From Dehalococcoidia bacterium (GTDB lineage: Bacteria; Chloroflexota; Dehalococcoidia; Lucifugimonadales; UBA3495): a stretch of DNA of 64,000 nt. The DNA lies in NCBI GenBank assembly GCA_963664625.1, contig OY761541.1, forward strand, positions 2,187,670-2,251,669. Direction: 5' to 3'. Every line of letters begins with the position of its first letter. The stretch's first letter is position 1. The translations under genes were made by a program, and so were the position numbers. Below, piece by piece: positions 9,750 to 20,494 of the stretch. Below the pieces are notes generated by a model. The model did not search any database, was not told the DNA's origin, and saw nothing but the letters and a program-made list of their open reading frames with translations.

Positions 9750-10044
9750 TAGTTGAGCATGGCCTGCGGGGCTGCACCCAAAGCTTTGGCGCGGCCCCCG
9801 CAGGGCAACCCGGAAACCTCCTGAGTCCCTGGAGCCGGACGGCATGGGATCGTATCCAAGTAAGTCGGCTGCCAGGGCTCTAATGAGCGTTTTCTGATTA
9901 TGCCTACTGGCGCTCGTTGGCATCTGTGTTCCAACGGGCGTGTTTCGATTTATCCCTCACTCGGCCCGGGACGGTAAGAACATCGTTTCAGGCTTGGCGC
10001 ATTCCAGCCGACCCCCGGAGTCAGAATCCCGCAGAGGTATTGCC

Positions 10045-11226
10045 ATGGCGCCAACCATGATTCATCAAAAAGCCCTGAGCTGGATACCGGAAGGCCAGAT
10101 AGAGGATGCCGCAAAAGACCAGGTGCGCAACCTGTCGGGGCTTCCCTTTATCTTCAAATACGTAGCGGTTATGCCCGATTGCCACTTTGGTTTGGGCGCC
10201 ACCGTCGGTTCTTGCATACCTACCGCGGGGGCCATCATACCGGCCGCCGTCGGCGTCGACATCGGCTGCGGCATGATTGCCGTCAGGACACCGTTCACCA
10301 GGGCGGACCTGCCGGAAGACCTGTCGGAAATACGAGAAGCCATCGAAGACCAGGTCCCCTTGTCGGTCAGCCGGTACAACAACAGGGTGAAAAAGACGGC
10401 CCGCCCCCGGATAGAAGAGTTGGAGAAGAGTGCGGAAGAAACGGGCCGGCTGGAGTTCTACGATCGGCGGGACAAGAACTGGCGCAAGCAATTGGGGTCC
10501 CTGGGATCGGGCAACCACTTCATCGAGTTGACGGTCGATGAGCATGACCGGGTATGGACCTTCCTGCATTCCGGCTCCAGGGGAATCGGCAACAAGATAG
10601 CCATGTTCCATATCAATGCCGCCAAGCAGTTGATGAAAAAGTGGTTCATCGACTTGCCGGACCCGGACCTGGCCTACTTGGTGCAGGATACCCAGGAGTT
10701 CAAGGACTACCTGACCGACCTGAAGTGGGCCCAAGAATTTGCGTTGCTGAACCGGGCGGAAATGACGGAGAGGATTCTTGGGATACTGAAGCACCGGTTG
10801 GGGGACTTTGACGAGGAAGAACGGATTGAGTGCCACCACAATTTCACCCAGTGGGAGAACCACTTTGGGAAGAATATCCTGGTGTCGCGCAAGGGGGCCA
10901 TTCAAGCCAGGGAAGGACAGATGGGCCTGATACCCGGGTCAATGGGCACCCGCAGCTACGTGGTGAAGGGCAGAGGATGCGAGGCGTCCTTCCACACAGC
11001 GCCCCACGGAGCGGGAAGGAGGATGAGCCGCAACAACGCCAGGAAGCAATTCAGCATGGATGACTTCGACCGGGACATGGCGGGCATTGAAGTCAGAAGG
11101 TCGGAGGCGTTCCTGGACGAGCTTCCCGGCGCGTACAAGGACATCGACTTGGTCATGGAGCAGTCCCGGGACTTGGTGGAGATAGTCCACACCTTCCGGC
11201 AGATCGTCAACGTCAAGGGTAACTGA
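10045..11226 (+). CDS. rtcB: RtcB-family RNA 3'-phosphate ligase
   Basis: MPDCHFGLGATVGS, VGVDIGCGM, GSGNHFIEL, CHHNF..PGSMG, HGAGR. Start at ATG 10045. Confidence 0.9.
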   Translation: MAPTMIHQKALSWIPEGQIEDAAKDQVRNLSGLPFIFKYVAVMPDCHFGLGATVGSCIPTAGAIIPAAVGVDIGCGMIAVRTPFTRADLPEDLSEIREAIEDQVPLSVSRYNNRVKKTARPRIEELEKSAEETGRLEFYDRRDKNWRKQLGSLGSGNHFIELTVDEHDRVWTFLHSGSRGIGNKIAMFHINAAKQLMKKWFIDLPDPDLAYLVQDTQEFKDYLTDLKWAQEFALLNRAEMTERILGILKHRLGDFDEEERIECHHNFTQWENHFGKNILVSRKGAIQAREGQMGLIPGSMGTRSYVVKGRGCEASFHTAPHGAGRRMSRNNARKQFSMDDFDRDMAGIEVRRSEAFLDELPGAYKDIDLVMEQSRDLVEIVHTFRQIVNVKGN

Positions 11227-11386
11227 CGGTTTGCAAGGCTTGGTTGAGGCGGGCACACTGTCCGGCGGCTTTCTCATCATTTCTTTATGTTGTGTCATAA
11301 ACTTTTATCAATTACTACATATTGTGGCTTTTGCCTTGACAAGCCACTAACTCGGTAGGGTTTAATACCTCCCACCAGAGGTATGT

Positions 11387-14300
11387 ATGACGACTCCAAG
11401 CAGCGACAACCGATTCACGCACCTGCACATCCACACCGAATACAGCATGTTGGACGGCATCAGCCGTATCCCGCAGTTGGTGGCCCAAGCCAAGGAGATG
11501 GGCATGGACTCCCTGGCCATCACCGACCACGGGTCCATGTACGGCGTGGTGGACTTCTACCTGGCCTGCAAAGAGGCGGGCATTAAGCCCATCATAGGGT
11601 GCGAGGTCTACGTCGCCAAAGGCAGCCGGTTCGACAAGAACCCCAACGAACGCAGTCCTTATCACTTGGTCCTGCTGGCCCGCAACAACGAGGGTTACCG
11701 CAACCTCATGCAACTGGTCACCCGCGCCCACGTCGACGGGTTCCACTACCGTCCACGCATTGACCGCGAGTTGTTGGAGCAGAATAGCGAAGGCCTCATC
11801 GTGCTGTCAGGGTGCGCTTCGGCGGAAGTGCCTCGTCTCATCGTCGAAGGCAACATGGATGAAGCCGCCAAGGTCGCCAAGTGGTACAAGGACCTGTTCG
11901 GCGACGGGTATTTCTTCGAGTTGCAGCGTCACGAACACGTGGAGCAGCTTCCGGAAATCAACCGAGGGCTGGTCACCCTGAGCGAGCAGTTGGACATTCC
12001 CTTGGTGGTTACCAACGACGCCCACTACGTGGAACAAGGGGAGGCGCACCTCCAGGACGTTTACATCTGCATCCAGACCAACACGACGGTGCAGGATGAA
12101 AAGCGTCTGCACATGGAGGACGATTCTTACTACGTAAAAAGTCCCCAGGAAATGGCGGAGCTTTTCCCCGACTTCCCCGAAGCGTTGAGCAACACCAACT
12201 TTATCGCCGACATGTGCAACGTGGAGCTCAACTTCGACCAGACCCACCTGCCCAAATACCCGGTGCCCGGCGACGCCGGCGCCGATGAATACTTGGCCCA
12301 ACTGTGCTGGGAGGGCTTCAGGCAACGCTATCCATCCGCGCCCGACGAAGCCGTAAAGCGGTTGGAGTATGAGCTGGAGGTCATCAAGCACACCAGCTTC
12401 GCCAATTACTTCTTGGTGGTCTGGGACATCGTCAAGTTCGTCCGCAAGAGCGAAATCCTGTACGGCGTCCGCGGCAGCGCGGCGGCCAGCGTCGCCCTCT
12501 ACTGTTTGAACATCACCAACGTCGATCCCTTGGAGTACCGGCTGGTTTTCGAGCGTTTCCTTAACTTGGAACGCAAGGAAATGCCCGACATCGACATGGA
12601 CTTCCAGGACGACCGCCGGGACGAGGTGCTGCACTACGTTATCGACAAATACGGCAGCGACAAGGTTGCCCAGATCATCACCTTTGGCACGATGGGGGCC
12701 AAGGCCGCGCTGCGGGACGTTGGGCGCGGCCTTGGCATGACCTACAACGAGGTGGACCGGATCGCCCGAATGGTGCCGTTCAAGGCGCGCACAATCGAGG
12801 ACGCCATTCGGATCAACCCGGAGTTCCAGGAGGTATACGATTCCGACCAGGTGGTGCAAAAACTGGTGGACACCGCCCAAGGGCTGGAAGGCATCGTCCA
12901 CCACGTCAGCACTCACGCCGCCGGGGTGCTCATCGCGGAGGACCCGTTGGCGGAAACGGTGCCGTTGCAGCGTCCCAGCAGGGGCGACGAGAGCAGCCCG
13001 GTGCTGATGACCCAGTACTCCATGGACCCGGTCGCCAAGCTGGGCCTGCTGAAAATGGACTTCCTGGGTCTTACCAACCTGACCATCCTCGACCGCGCCG
13101 TGAAACTGGTGGAGGAAAACCAGGGTATCAGGATTGACCTGGACCGGCTCCGATTGGATGACAAGGCAACCTTCGAGTTGCTTTCCTCAGGCAACACCAC
13201 CGACCTGTTCCAACTGGAAAGCGCGGGAATGCGGCGGTACATCAAGGAGTTGAAGCCCTCCAACTTGGGCGACATTGCCGCGATGATTGCCCTCTACCGA
13301 CCGGGGCCGATGGAAAACATCGACTCTTTTATCGATGCGAAGTATGGGCGCATTCCCATCACCTATCCCCACCCCAGCCTCAAGGAGTTGCTGGACGAGA
13401 CCTACGGCATCATCGTTTACCAGGACCAGGTGTTGCTCATCCTGCAACAGTTCGCCGGGTATACCCTGGGCGAGGCCGACATTGTTCGCAAGGCCATGGG
13501 CAAGAAAATCGCCTCCTTGATGGCCGCCGAGAGGGAGCGTTTCGTGGCCGGCGCCCTCGCCAACGGCTACGACTCGGACTTGGCGATCACCATTTTCGAC
13601 CTCATCGAACCCTTTGCCGGGTATGCGTTTAACAAGGCCCACAGCATCAGCTACGCCCTGATTTCTTACTGGACGGCCTATTTCAAGGCCCACTACCCGC
13701 TGGAGTACATGGGAGCAGTGCTGAACTCCCGGATGGACCACCCTGAAAAGATGGTGAGTTCCATCAACGAGTGCTTCCAACTGGGAATCCCGGTGTTGTT
13801 GCCAGACATCAACAAGTCCGGCGAGCATTTCACTATCGACGAGAGCGACGGGACCGAACCGGGATTGCGCGTAGGATTGGCTGCTGTAAAAACCGTGGGT
13901 GAAAGCGCGGTCCGTCCCCTTATCGAGGAACGCGACGCCAACGGGCCGTACAAGTCCATCGACGACTTTTGCCGCCGGGCCAATTCGGGCGGGCTGAACC
14001 GCCGCACCATGGAAAGCTTGGCGAAAGCCGGAGCCTTCGACTCGCTGGCGCCTCGGGGCGCGGTCCTCGCCGTGTTGGACCAGATTGTCGCCCTCGCCCA
14101 ACTGGAGGCCCGCAACCGCAGTTCGGGTCAATCGAGCCTCTTTTCCGATTCCAACGGCGAGGCCGGCAGCGGGGCCCTTCCGGGCGTCAATTTGAGCCAC
14201 TCCGACGCTTCCCCGGAGCAGAAGGTCGCTTGGGAGCAAGAATTGCTGGGCGTTGCTCTTTCGGAGAATCCACGGATACAGTTGGCCGCCCTCAATACCG

Positions 14301-15076
14301 GCGGCGCCTTCAACTCGATGGACCAATTGGACGATGACATGCACGGCCAGACGCTGTCCGTCCTGGGCTGCGTGTCTTCGGTTACCGAGCGGTACACCAG
14401 GGAACAGAAAAAGTTCTTGGTGGTAGCGATGGAGCTGTTGGGTGGCTCGCTCGAGGTGGTGGTCTGGCCTAACGTTCTGGAACGTACCGAGGATAACTGG
14501 GTCCAAGGGGCCATATTGAGGGTCGACGGCAGGTTGCAATTGCGCAACGACCAGTTGACCCTGGTCTGTGACGAAGTGCATCAATACCAGAAAGACGGGA
14601 TGCCTCCCCCAAGCGTCAATGGCAACGGCAAGGCGCACTCCAACGGGAGCAACGGCGTTGCGTCCGCCCCATCCAATGGAGTTTCTCACAACGGGCACAA
14701 CAATGGGACGACAAACGGCTACAATAACGGGGCTGCAACCAACGGCCATAAGAACGGGACGGCGGCAGCCGAACAGGTTGCGCCCCCGCAACGGGTGGCG
14801 GAGACGGTCTCCAACGGTGCGAACCACCGCACCGTATCGCTGGTGGTGAAGGAGTCAAACAACGCCACCGAGGATGCTCACCTGCTCCGGGAAGTGATCG
14901 GGGTGCTGCTGGAGTATTCCGGCCATGACCGCGTCAACCTGGACATCAAGACCGGGTCAGGACGGGTCCTGATGGACCTCCCGATGGTCAACACCAGCTA
15001 TTGCGAAGAGTTGGACCAGCGGGTGTCGGAACTGTTGGGCGCGGAGTCGGTGCGGCTGTCGGTGGAAGCGCCGTAG
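11387..15076 (+). CDS. dnaE: DNA polymerase III alpha subunit
   Basis: PHP domain FTHLHIHTEYSMLDGI, palm/fingers MPDIDMDF, and an OB fold. The C-terminal part contains an Asn/Gly-rich linker. Confidence 0.95.
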   Translation: MTTPSSDNRFTHLHIHTEYSMLDGISRIPQLVAQAKEMGMDSLAITDHGSMYGVVDFYLACKEAGIKPIIGCEVYVAKGSRFDKNPNERSPYHLVLLARNNEGYRNLMQLVTRAHVDGFHYRPRIDRELLEQNSEGLIVLSGCASAEVPRLIVEGNMDEAAKVAKWYKDLFGDGYFFELQRHEHVEQLPEINRGLVTLSEQLDIPLVVTNDAHYVEQGEAHLQDVYICIQTNTTVQDEKRLHMEDDSYYVKSPQEMAELFPDFPEALSNTNFIADMCNVELNFDQTHLPKYPVPGDAGADEYLAQLCWEGFRQRYPSAPDEAVKRLEYELEVIKHTSFANYFLVVWDIVKFVRKSEILYGVRGSAAASVALYCLNITNVDPLEYRLVFERFLNLERKEMPDIDMDFQDDRRDEVLHYVIDKYGSDKVAQIITFGTMGAKAALRDVGRGLGMTYNEVDRIARMVPFKARTIEDAIRINPEFQEVYDSDQVVQKLVDTAQGLEGIVHHVSTHAAGVLIAEDPLAETVPLQRPSRGDESSPVLMTQYSMDPVAKLGLLKMDFLGLTNLTILDRAVKLVEENQGIRIDLDRLRLDDKATFELLSSGNTTDLFQLESAGMRRYIKELKPSNLGDIAAMIALYRPGPMENIDSFIDAKYGRIPITYPHPSLKELLDETYGIIVYQDQVLLILQQFAGYTLGEADIVRKAMGKKIASLMAAERERFVAGALANGYDSDLAITIFDLIEPFAGYAFNKAHSISYALISYWTAYFKAHYPLEYMGAVLNSRMDHPEKMVSSINECFQLGIPVLLPDINKSGEHFTIDESDGTEPGLRVGLAAVKTVGESAVRPLIEERDANGPYKSIDDFCRRANSGGLNRRTMESLAKAGAFDSLAPRGAVLAVLDQIVALAQLEARNRSSGQSSLFSDSNGEAGSGALPGVNLSHSDASPEQKVAWEQELLGVALSENPRIQLAALNTGGAFNSMDQLDDDMHGQTLSVLGCVSSVTERYTREQKKFLVVAMELLGGSLEVVVWPNVLERTEDNWVQGAILRVDGRLQLRNDQLTLVCDEVHQYQKDGMPPPSVNGNGKAHSNGSNGVASAPSNGVSHNGHNNGTTNGYNNGAATNGHKNGTAAAEQVAPPQRVAETVSNGANHRTVSLVVKESNNATEDAHLLREVIGVLLEYSGHDRVNLDIKTGSGRVLMDLPMVNTSYCEELDQRVSELLGAESVRLSVEAP

Positions 15077-15093
15077 GGACAGGCGATAAGACT

Positions 15094-15118
15094 GGATTCT
15101 CGCGCAGGCGGGAATTGC
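15094..15118 (-). repeat. REP-like repeat, degenerate copy 4
   Basis: ggattctcgcgcaggcgggaattgc, between convergent genes. Confidence 0.6.
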
Positions 15119-15205
15119 AGATGGCCTCTTGAGGCCACGTATGAACATGAAAATAGCCTATTTTCATGGCAATGGGACCATCTATCTTGCAGGGCTACCG
15201 GAGCA

Positions 15206-16342
15206 CTAACTTGCCTTCCCATTGAAGTGGGGGATGACGTGCTTGCCGAAGAGACGCAGCGTATCCATCACTTCCTCATGGGATATGCCGCCCACCTGAA
15301 ACAGGGGCATGACCTCGTCCACGCCCGCCTCGGCATAGGCTTCCAGGTAGCGGATACAGTCGTCGGGGTCGCCGATGCAGTAGCGTCCACTCCTTATCTG
15401 GTCGAGGGACGATGTTTCCTCGCGCTTTGGAGAGTCGGTCGCGGTGGAGCGGGTGTAGTGCCACTGGTAGTCTTCGGGAACGTGGGACGGGTCCTGCTCG
15501 CTCCACACCCGGACGTCCCGGAGGGCCTGCTGATGGCGATACCAGTCGATCAATTCGGCGGAGCGTTCCTGCACCTTCTTGCGCGACTCCCCGCAGATGG
15601 CCACAGTGCTTACAGAGACACGGTTGTGGACAAGCCCGGTGGACGGATTGGCGTCCCTGATGCCGTCCCGGTAGGCTTGCACGAGAGGGGCGAGTCCCGC
15701 GGCCCCGCCGCCGGCCATTGAGAGGCAGCCCAAGCCCATGAGTCCCGCCTTCCTGAAGGTGTCTTCCTGGCTGCAACCGAGCCAGATAGGCGGGTGCGGT
15801 TGCTGCACCGGCTTGGGATGGACCTCCCGCAAGGGGATCTGGTAGTGGCTGCCTTGGTAGGTGAACTCTCCCTCGGTCCATGCCCGCGGGATGATTTCCA
15901 GGGCCTCTTCCACCATTCCGGTAGCGTCTTTCAGGTCGGTGCCGAAAGCGGCCATCTGGTAGGGGTAGCCGGACCGGCCCACGCCCAGATCAACCCTGCC
16001 ATTGCTGAGGATGTCGAGGGTGGCGGTGCGGGCCGCGATGTGGAGAGGGTGCTGCACCGGGGGCACCACCACGGCGATGCCCAGACGCATTCGGCTGGTA
16101 CGCTGGCTCAATGCGCCCAGGGTTACGTCGGGGGCGCTGGAGTGGGACCACTCGGTACGGAACTGGTGGTCGGCCATCCAGACGCTGCTCAGGCCCATCT
16201 CTTCAGCATAGGCCACCTGGTCAAGCATTTCCAGGAACCGGTCAGCCTCGTAGGCACGGGATGACGGCCTGGGGACCTGCATCTGATAGAACATGCCGAT
16301 TTGCATGGACATGCTTCCTGCGCTTGACTCCTTGCCGGGCAT
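15206..16342 (-). CDS. LLM-class (luciferase-like) flavin-dependent oxidoreductase
   Basis: MQIGMFYQMQVP..AEEMGLSSVWMADHQF..RMRLGIAVVV..HIAARTATLDILSNGRVDLGVGRS. The start may be an internal Met (16312/16306). Confidence 0.85.
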   Translation of the reverse strand: MPGKESSAGSMSMQIGMFYQMQVPRPSSRAYEADRFLEMLDQVAYAEEMGLSSVWMADHQFRTEWSHSSAPDVTLGALSQRTSRMRLGIAVVVPPVQHPLHIAARTATLDILSNGRVDLGVGRSGYPYQMAAFGTDLKDATGMVEEALEIIPRAWTEGEFTYQGSHYQIPLREVHPKPVQQPHPPIWLGCSQEDTFRKAGLMGLGCLSMAGGGAAGLAPLVQAYRDGIRDANPSTGLVHNRVSVSTVAICGESRKKVQERSAELIDWYRHQQALRDVRVWSEQDPSHVPEDYQWHYTRSTATDSPKREETSSLDQIRSGRYCIGDPDDCIRYLEAYAEAGVDEVMPLFQVGGISHEEVMDTLRLFGKHVIPHFNGKAS

Positions 16343-16400
16343 CCCGGCAGAATTTTTTCTCGTGCAAGTGGGGAGAGCGAATCTTTCGTGCTACCCTGTG

Positions 16401-16424
16401 GATTCCCGCCTTCGAGGGAATGAC
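16401..16424 (-). repeat. REP-like repeat, copy 5
   Basis: gattcccgccttcgagggaatgac. Confidence 0.8.
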
Positions 16425-16475
16425 GAATCGGTGTAGGCGGGCCAGGGACTGTCGACGCAGTCTGGAGATAATTCC

Positions 16476-17348
16476 TTACCCCAGAAACTCCCGGATTACT
16501 TGCGCCAGTTCACCAGGCTTGTGATAGCCGATGTCGTGGATGGTTTCGGGAATCCAGTGGACCCGTCCGTTCTGCAATGCTTGGGCCGCGGCCTCCACCA
16601 TCTGCTCCCGCCTGATTGCGAAGTCCGATCCCGCGTTCTGAGGTCTTGGCCCGGCGGGCACTATCATCGCCGGGCATACGATCTTGGGCAGTATAGAGGC
16701 CGGGGGATGGTCCCACATGGCCCGGATTACCTGGATATGATTGGTGGGCTTCAGGATGTCCCGTATCTGCCCCTCTTCATCCTCGTACACCATGGTCTGA
16801 ACGACCCGCTCCAAGTCGTCAGACCAGCAGTCGGCGAGCTGTGTCCGCAACCTGTCCAGGAATTCTTCCCGGGTGCCTGTAACGTCGCGGGGCCGAACCC
16901 GGTGGGACCATTCCTCCCAAGTTGTGTCGCCTGCGGCCTGCCCTCCCAAGAAACCGCCGTCTATCATCACCACCTTGGTGACGCGCTCGGGCCGCAGGCC
17001 CGCCAAGTGGCTGGCTACGTTACCTCCCCAAGAGTGGCCCAGGACTGCGGCGCGGAGAATGCCCAAGTGGTCCATAAGGCCCGTCACGTCCTCCGCCAGG
17101 GTTTCCCAGTCGTAGCCGCTGTCGGCTTGGGTGGTCTGGCCGTGACCTCGCTGGTCCGGGGTCACTATCCGGTAGCGGTCCCGCAGCAGGGGCGCTACGA
17201 TGTCGTACCAGTGGGCCGATGACGCCAAGCCGTGGAGGGCAACGACGGGCTGGCCGTCGCCTCCCCAGTCCAGGTAGCGCATACGCAGTTCGCCCACATC
17301 CGCCCAACATTCGGCGGGTCCTCGAGAAACGGGTTCCGGCGTGGCCAA
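16476..17348 (-). CDS. alpha/beta-fold hydrolase
   Basis: VVALHGLASSAHWYD..PDQRGHGQT..VLGHSWGGNVA (nucleophile elbow GHSWG). Confidence 0.8.
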   Translation of the reverse strand: MATPEPVSRGPAECWADVGELRMRYLDWGGDGQPVVALHGLASSAHWYDIVAPLLRDRYRIVTPDQRGHGQTTQADSGYDWETLAEDVTGLMDHLGILRAAVLGHSWGGNVASHLAGLRPERVTKVVMIDGGFLGGQAAGDTTWEEWSHRVRPRDVTGTREEFLDRLRTQLADCWSDDLERVVQTMVYEDEEGQIRDILKPTNHIQVIRAMWDHPPASILPKIVCPAMIVPAGPRPQNAGSDFAIRREQMVEAAAQALQNGRVHWIPETIHDIGYHKPGELAQVIREFLG

Positions 17349-17372
17349 TTCATACCCTCCAACGCAAAGCGG

Positions 17373-17885
17373 TCAGTTGCCGTCTTCGATACTTTCAAAC
17401 TCCAGCAGCCGGGCCTTTACCCCCAGCCCGCCGGCGCCATAGCCGCGAAGGTCCCCGTTACTGCCGATTACCCGGTGGCAGGGGATGATCAGGGCAAAGG
17501 GGTTCTTGGCCATCGCCTGCCCTGCGGCCCGGGCGGCCAGGGGGCGTCCCGCTTCGGCGGCGAGCCAAGCGTAGGTCCGGGTCTCTCCCGGAGGGATTTG
17601 CCGGCAGGCTGTCCAAGCCGCCCCGAAGAAGGGCGGCGCGCCGCTCATATCCAAGGCGATGCTATCGAGGGCGGTGGTATCGCCATCGAAGTACCGCTCG
17701 AAGCAGTCCCGGACGTCCAGAAAACTCTCCGCGTCCTCCACCGCGCCGTCGAGAGCGCGGCCCAAATCTTCGACTACCTCTTGGGGAGACGGCTTGAAAC
17801 TCAACCTGCGCAGCCCCTTGTCCGAACCGATCAGTCCTATCCAGCCCATTGGAAACTCAATCAGGCAATACCGGTCTTCCGACAT
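17373..17885 (-). CDS. ogt: methylated-DNA--protein-cysteine methyltransferase
   Basis: C-terminal IIPCHRVIGSNGDLRGYGAGGLGVKARLLEFE (PCHRV active site). Confidence 0.9.
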   Translation of the reverse strand: MSEDRYCLIEFPMGWIGLIGSDKGLRRLSFKPSPQEVVEDLGRALDGAVEDAESFLDVRDCFERYFDGDTTALDSIALDMSGAPPFFGAAWTACRQIPPGETRTYAWLAAEAGRPLAARAAGQAMAKNPFALIIPCHRVIGSNGDLRGYGAGGLGVKARLLEFESIEDGN

Positions 17886-17980
17886 GTTTACCTCTCAAAT
17901 CAGGTCCAGGATAGGTGGATAACGCTAGGAAAGCATAGACAAGATTGGCGCTCTCCGCGACCTCTGCGGTTAAAGAATCC

Positions 17981-20494
17981 TCACAGCGTCCGCGGGCGGA
18001 AAATGCGGAACAACAGGGCCAAGCGGATCCGTACCCATGCCTGTATCAATTGTAGCCGCTGGTCTGCGTCCAGTTCCTTGTTGCCGTAGACCCGGCGCAC
18101 GTAATGTCCGGTAATAACTGACACTTGGTCCCGGTACTCCGGCAAGGCCTCCTCCAAACGCCGCTGGTACTGGTACGGCGTCTGGTGGGCCGCCGGCCGT
18201 AGTGCCCCAAGGGTAGCCAGCAACGCCATGCGGCGGAACGCCACCCTGGGGTCTTCGGGCGCGACCATGAGTCTTCGCCACAGCAGGGTCAGAATTCCGG
18301 CGACTGCCAGCACCGACGCCAGCCCAATAGCTACCCACATGATGATGGTGGCCAACCGGCTGTTGAAGGTCAGGGGCCCGATGTTGCCGAATTGGTCCGG
18401 GTTGTTGGTCAACGCCGGATCGCACTCGCCTATATCCTCCAAGCACTCATCTTCGTTATCATCATCAGGGATAAACAGGGTAGAGGTCTCCGCTTCCGCT
18501 TCCGGCGGTACGGCGGTTGGGATGGCCCGTCCCGGCGTTGCTTCATAGGGTATCCAGCCATAGTTGGGCATGTAGACTTCCAGCCACCCGTGGCTGTTGG
18601 AGTCCAGCACCACGTAGGTGTCCTGGTCTATCACCTTGTTGCCCGTGGTATAGCCGGTGACCATGCGGGCCGGGATGTCTACCGACCGCAGCATGACGGT
18701 CATGGCGGATGCGAAATACTCGCTGTAACCCTTCTTCTGTTCAAACAGGAAGTGGTCCACCCCGTCGGCGTCGAAGGGGGGCGGTTCCACCACCAGGGTG
18801 TAAGGGTACTCCGTGGTCAGGAATTTCTTGATGGCCTCGGCCTTGTCATAGGGAGTCTCGGCGTCGGCGCTCACAGATGCGGCAAGGTCCCGCACCCGCC
18901 GCGGCACACTTTCAGGAAGTTGCAGGTACCGCTGGGTTACCCACGCGGGGTAATCGTCTCCGGCGGAGCGCAACTGGGCGGGCGTGGCGTTGGAGACCAA
19001 CGAGGTAACCGTATAGGTTTCTCTGGCCTTCACTTCCTTCTCGCTGCGCACCGACAGCACGTCGGGCTGGAGCGGGATCACGTCGGCCACCGTCGCCTCG
19101 TTGATCCGGCCTCCCTGGGACCTGGTTACGCCTACCAAGTGGAAGTTGCTGTCCAGCAGGGAAGCCAAGGAGGAGAACTTTATGTCCGACCCCCGCTGGT
19201 GTACGGCTTGGTGCAATTCCGTGGCGGCTTCCAACACCGGCGCTGGCAAAAGATGCCGGGTCAGCGCTTCGGTGAAGTCCACCGAATAAGTGGGAGACTC
19301 GTAGGTCTCGATCTCCACCGGCCGGTCGACGTCGATTACCTGAGTACCGGCAAACAGGTTGTTCGAGGCATACATCGGGGTGACGGAGTAGCTGACTTCA
19401 AACCGCCCTTCGTCGGGCTGGGGCGACGATATGGGCGGCGCCCATCCCACCGGTCTCATCACTGTGTCGTCGGACTTCCAGCCCTTGGGGGTGTAGGTGG
19501 CGTAGGTCCTTGCCTTCCAGTACATGGCCACCGGGGAGTCAACCCACAAGACCTGGGCTTGCGTGGGGTTGATCTCGCCTTGGAAGGCCAGCACATCCCC
19601 CCAGATTCGATACCCCAACGGCTTCCGAGCGGGAAGACCGGCGAAGAGCCGGTTGAAGTCTGCCTCGAAGTTCTTCAACGGCGTCCGCATGTATTCGTAG
19701 GCATCGTTGGTGGGGCCGAATTTGCCGCCGGTCGGGATAACGAAAAAGGCTATCACCATTACGATCATGGCGAGCAGGAAGGTATCGGAGATCGAAAGAA
19801 CGCCCAAGTGGCCGTCGTAAGCAACGTTCCTTTCGTCCCACTCCCGGCGCCGGCGCACCGACTGGACTCGCGCGATTAACAACAGCGCGGTGAACAGGTA
19901 GAAGAGCAGAAAGCGGCTTGCTTCCGGCGGCAAGTAGGTGAGGTTTGACAGCAGGCCCACGCCGCCAAGGACGAACACTCCCCAGAAGTTCCGGTAACGG
20001 CAGAACAGCCAAGCCGCCAGGAAACCTGCCATCCAGGTTGCGCACATTATACCGAAAGCGAAGGGGACCGAATCGATATTGATGGACCCGGTCTCGGCCG
20101 CTTCCCACCAGAGGGCCAGCCGGGTCCAGAGTTGTTCGGCGTTGGTGACCGCAACCTCCCGCGACTGGAAAGAGGTAATCTGCCAGACGGTGGTCAGCAA
20201 CCCCAGGGCAACGCCAAAGGGCAACGCCAGTACGCCCCATCCGGGCAGGCGGGCCAGCAGGATGCCCGCCGCCAGTGCCATCAGCAGCAACCCTTTCAGG
20301 TCGGGCAGCGGCACCCAGTTGGCCTCCTCGACCGACCAGATGACCACCAACAGGTTCAAGGCAAGGACTGCGAGGGCCAGCCAGCCATCGGAAGGCCGGA
20401 AGAACTGGACGACTGCAATCACCCCGTTCAAGGGGTTGGTGGTGACGGGCCGCTCCCTTACCGCAACCGCTTCAACCAGCGCGTTGAAGTTCAT
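17981..20494 (-). CDS. TgpA-like transglutaminase-domain polytopic membrane protein (variant triad)
   Basis: N-terminal multi-TM region. The core KKGYSEYFASAMTVMLRSVDIPARMVTGY..NSHGWLEVYMPNYGWIPYEATPG has Ser where the catalytic Cys is expected. Its start overlaps the stop of the upstream DUF58 gene (20491..20494). Confidence 0.8.
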   Translation of the reverse strand: MNFNALVEAVAVRERPVTTNPLNGVIAVVQFFRPSDGWLALAVLALNLLVVIWSVEEANWVPLPDLKGLLLMALAAGILLARLPGWGVLALPFGVALGLLTTVWQITSFQSREVAVTNAEQLWTRLALWWEAAETGSINIDSVPFAFGIMCATWMAGFLAAWLFCRYRNFWGVFVLGGVGLLSNLTYLPPEASRFLLFYLFTALLLIARVQSVRRRREWDERNVAYDGHLGVLSISDTFLLAMIVMVIAFFVIPTGGKFGPTNDAYEYMRTPLKNFEADFNRLFAGLPARKPLGYRIWGDVLAFQGEINPTQAQVLWVDSPVAMYWKARTYATYTPKGWKSDDTVMRPVGWAPPISSPQPDEGRFEVSYSVTPMYASNNLFAGTQVIDVDRPVEIETYESPTYSVDFTEALTRHLLPAPVLEAATELHQAVHQRGSDIKFSSLASLLDSNFHLVGVTRSQGGRINEATVADVIPLQPDVLSVRSEKEVKARETYTVTSLVSNATPAQLRSAGDDYPAWVTQRYLQLPESVPRRVRDLAASVSADAETPYDKAEAIKKFLTTEYPYTLVVEPPPFDADGVDHFLFEQKKGYSEYFASAMTVMLRSVDIPARMVTGYTTGNKVIDQDTYVVLDSNSHGWLEVYMPNYGWIPYEATPGRAIPTAVPPEAEAETSTLFIPDDDNEDECLEDIGECDPALTNNPDQFGNIGPLTFNSRLATIIMWVAIGLASVLAVAGILTLLWRRLMVAPEDPRVAFRRMALLATLGALRPAAHQTPYQYQRRLEEALPEYRDQVSVITGHYVRRVYGNKELDADQRLQLIQAWVRIRLALLFRIFRPRTL

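Noticed and set aside
9750-10044. Possible structured or non-coding RNA next to rtcB (hairpin cctgcgggg..ccccgcagg at 9762..9803)
   Set aside because: I can see only a long imperfect hairpin, likely the EF-G terminator without a U-tract. I could not recognise any tRNA-like or Y-RNA-like cloverleaf by eye. A covariance-model search would be needed.
11336-11366. Promoter for dnaE (TTGACA at 11336..11341)
   Set aside because: The -35 is perfect, but the best -10 candidates (GGTTTA at 17 nt, TTTAAT at 19 nt) are weak. Too uncertain to list as a feature.
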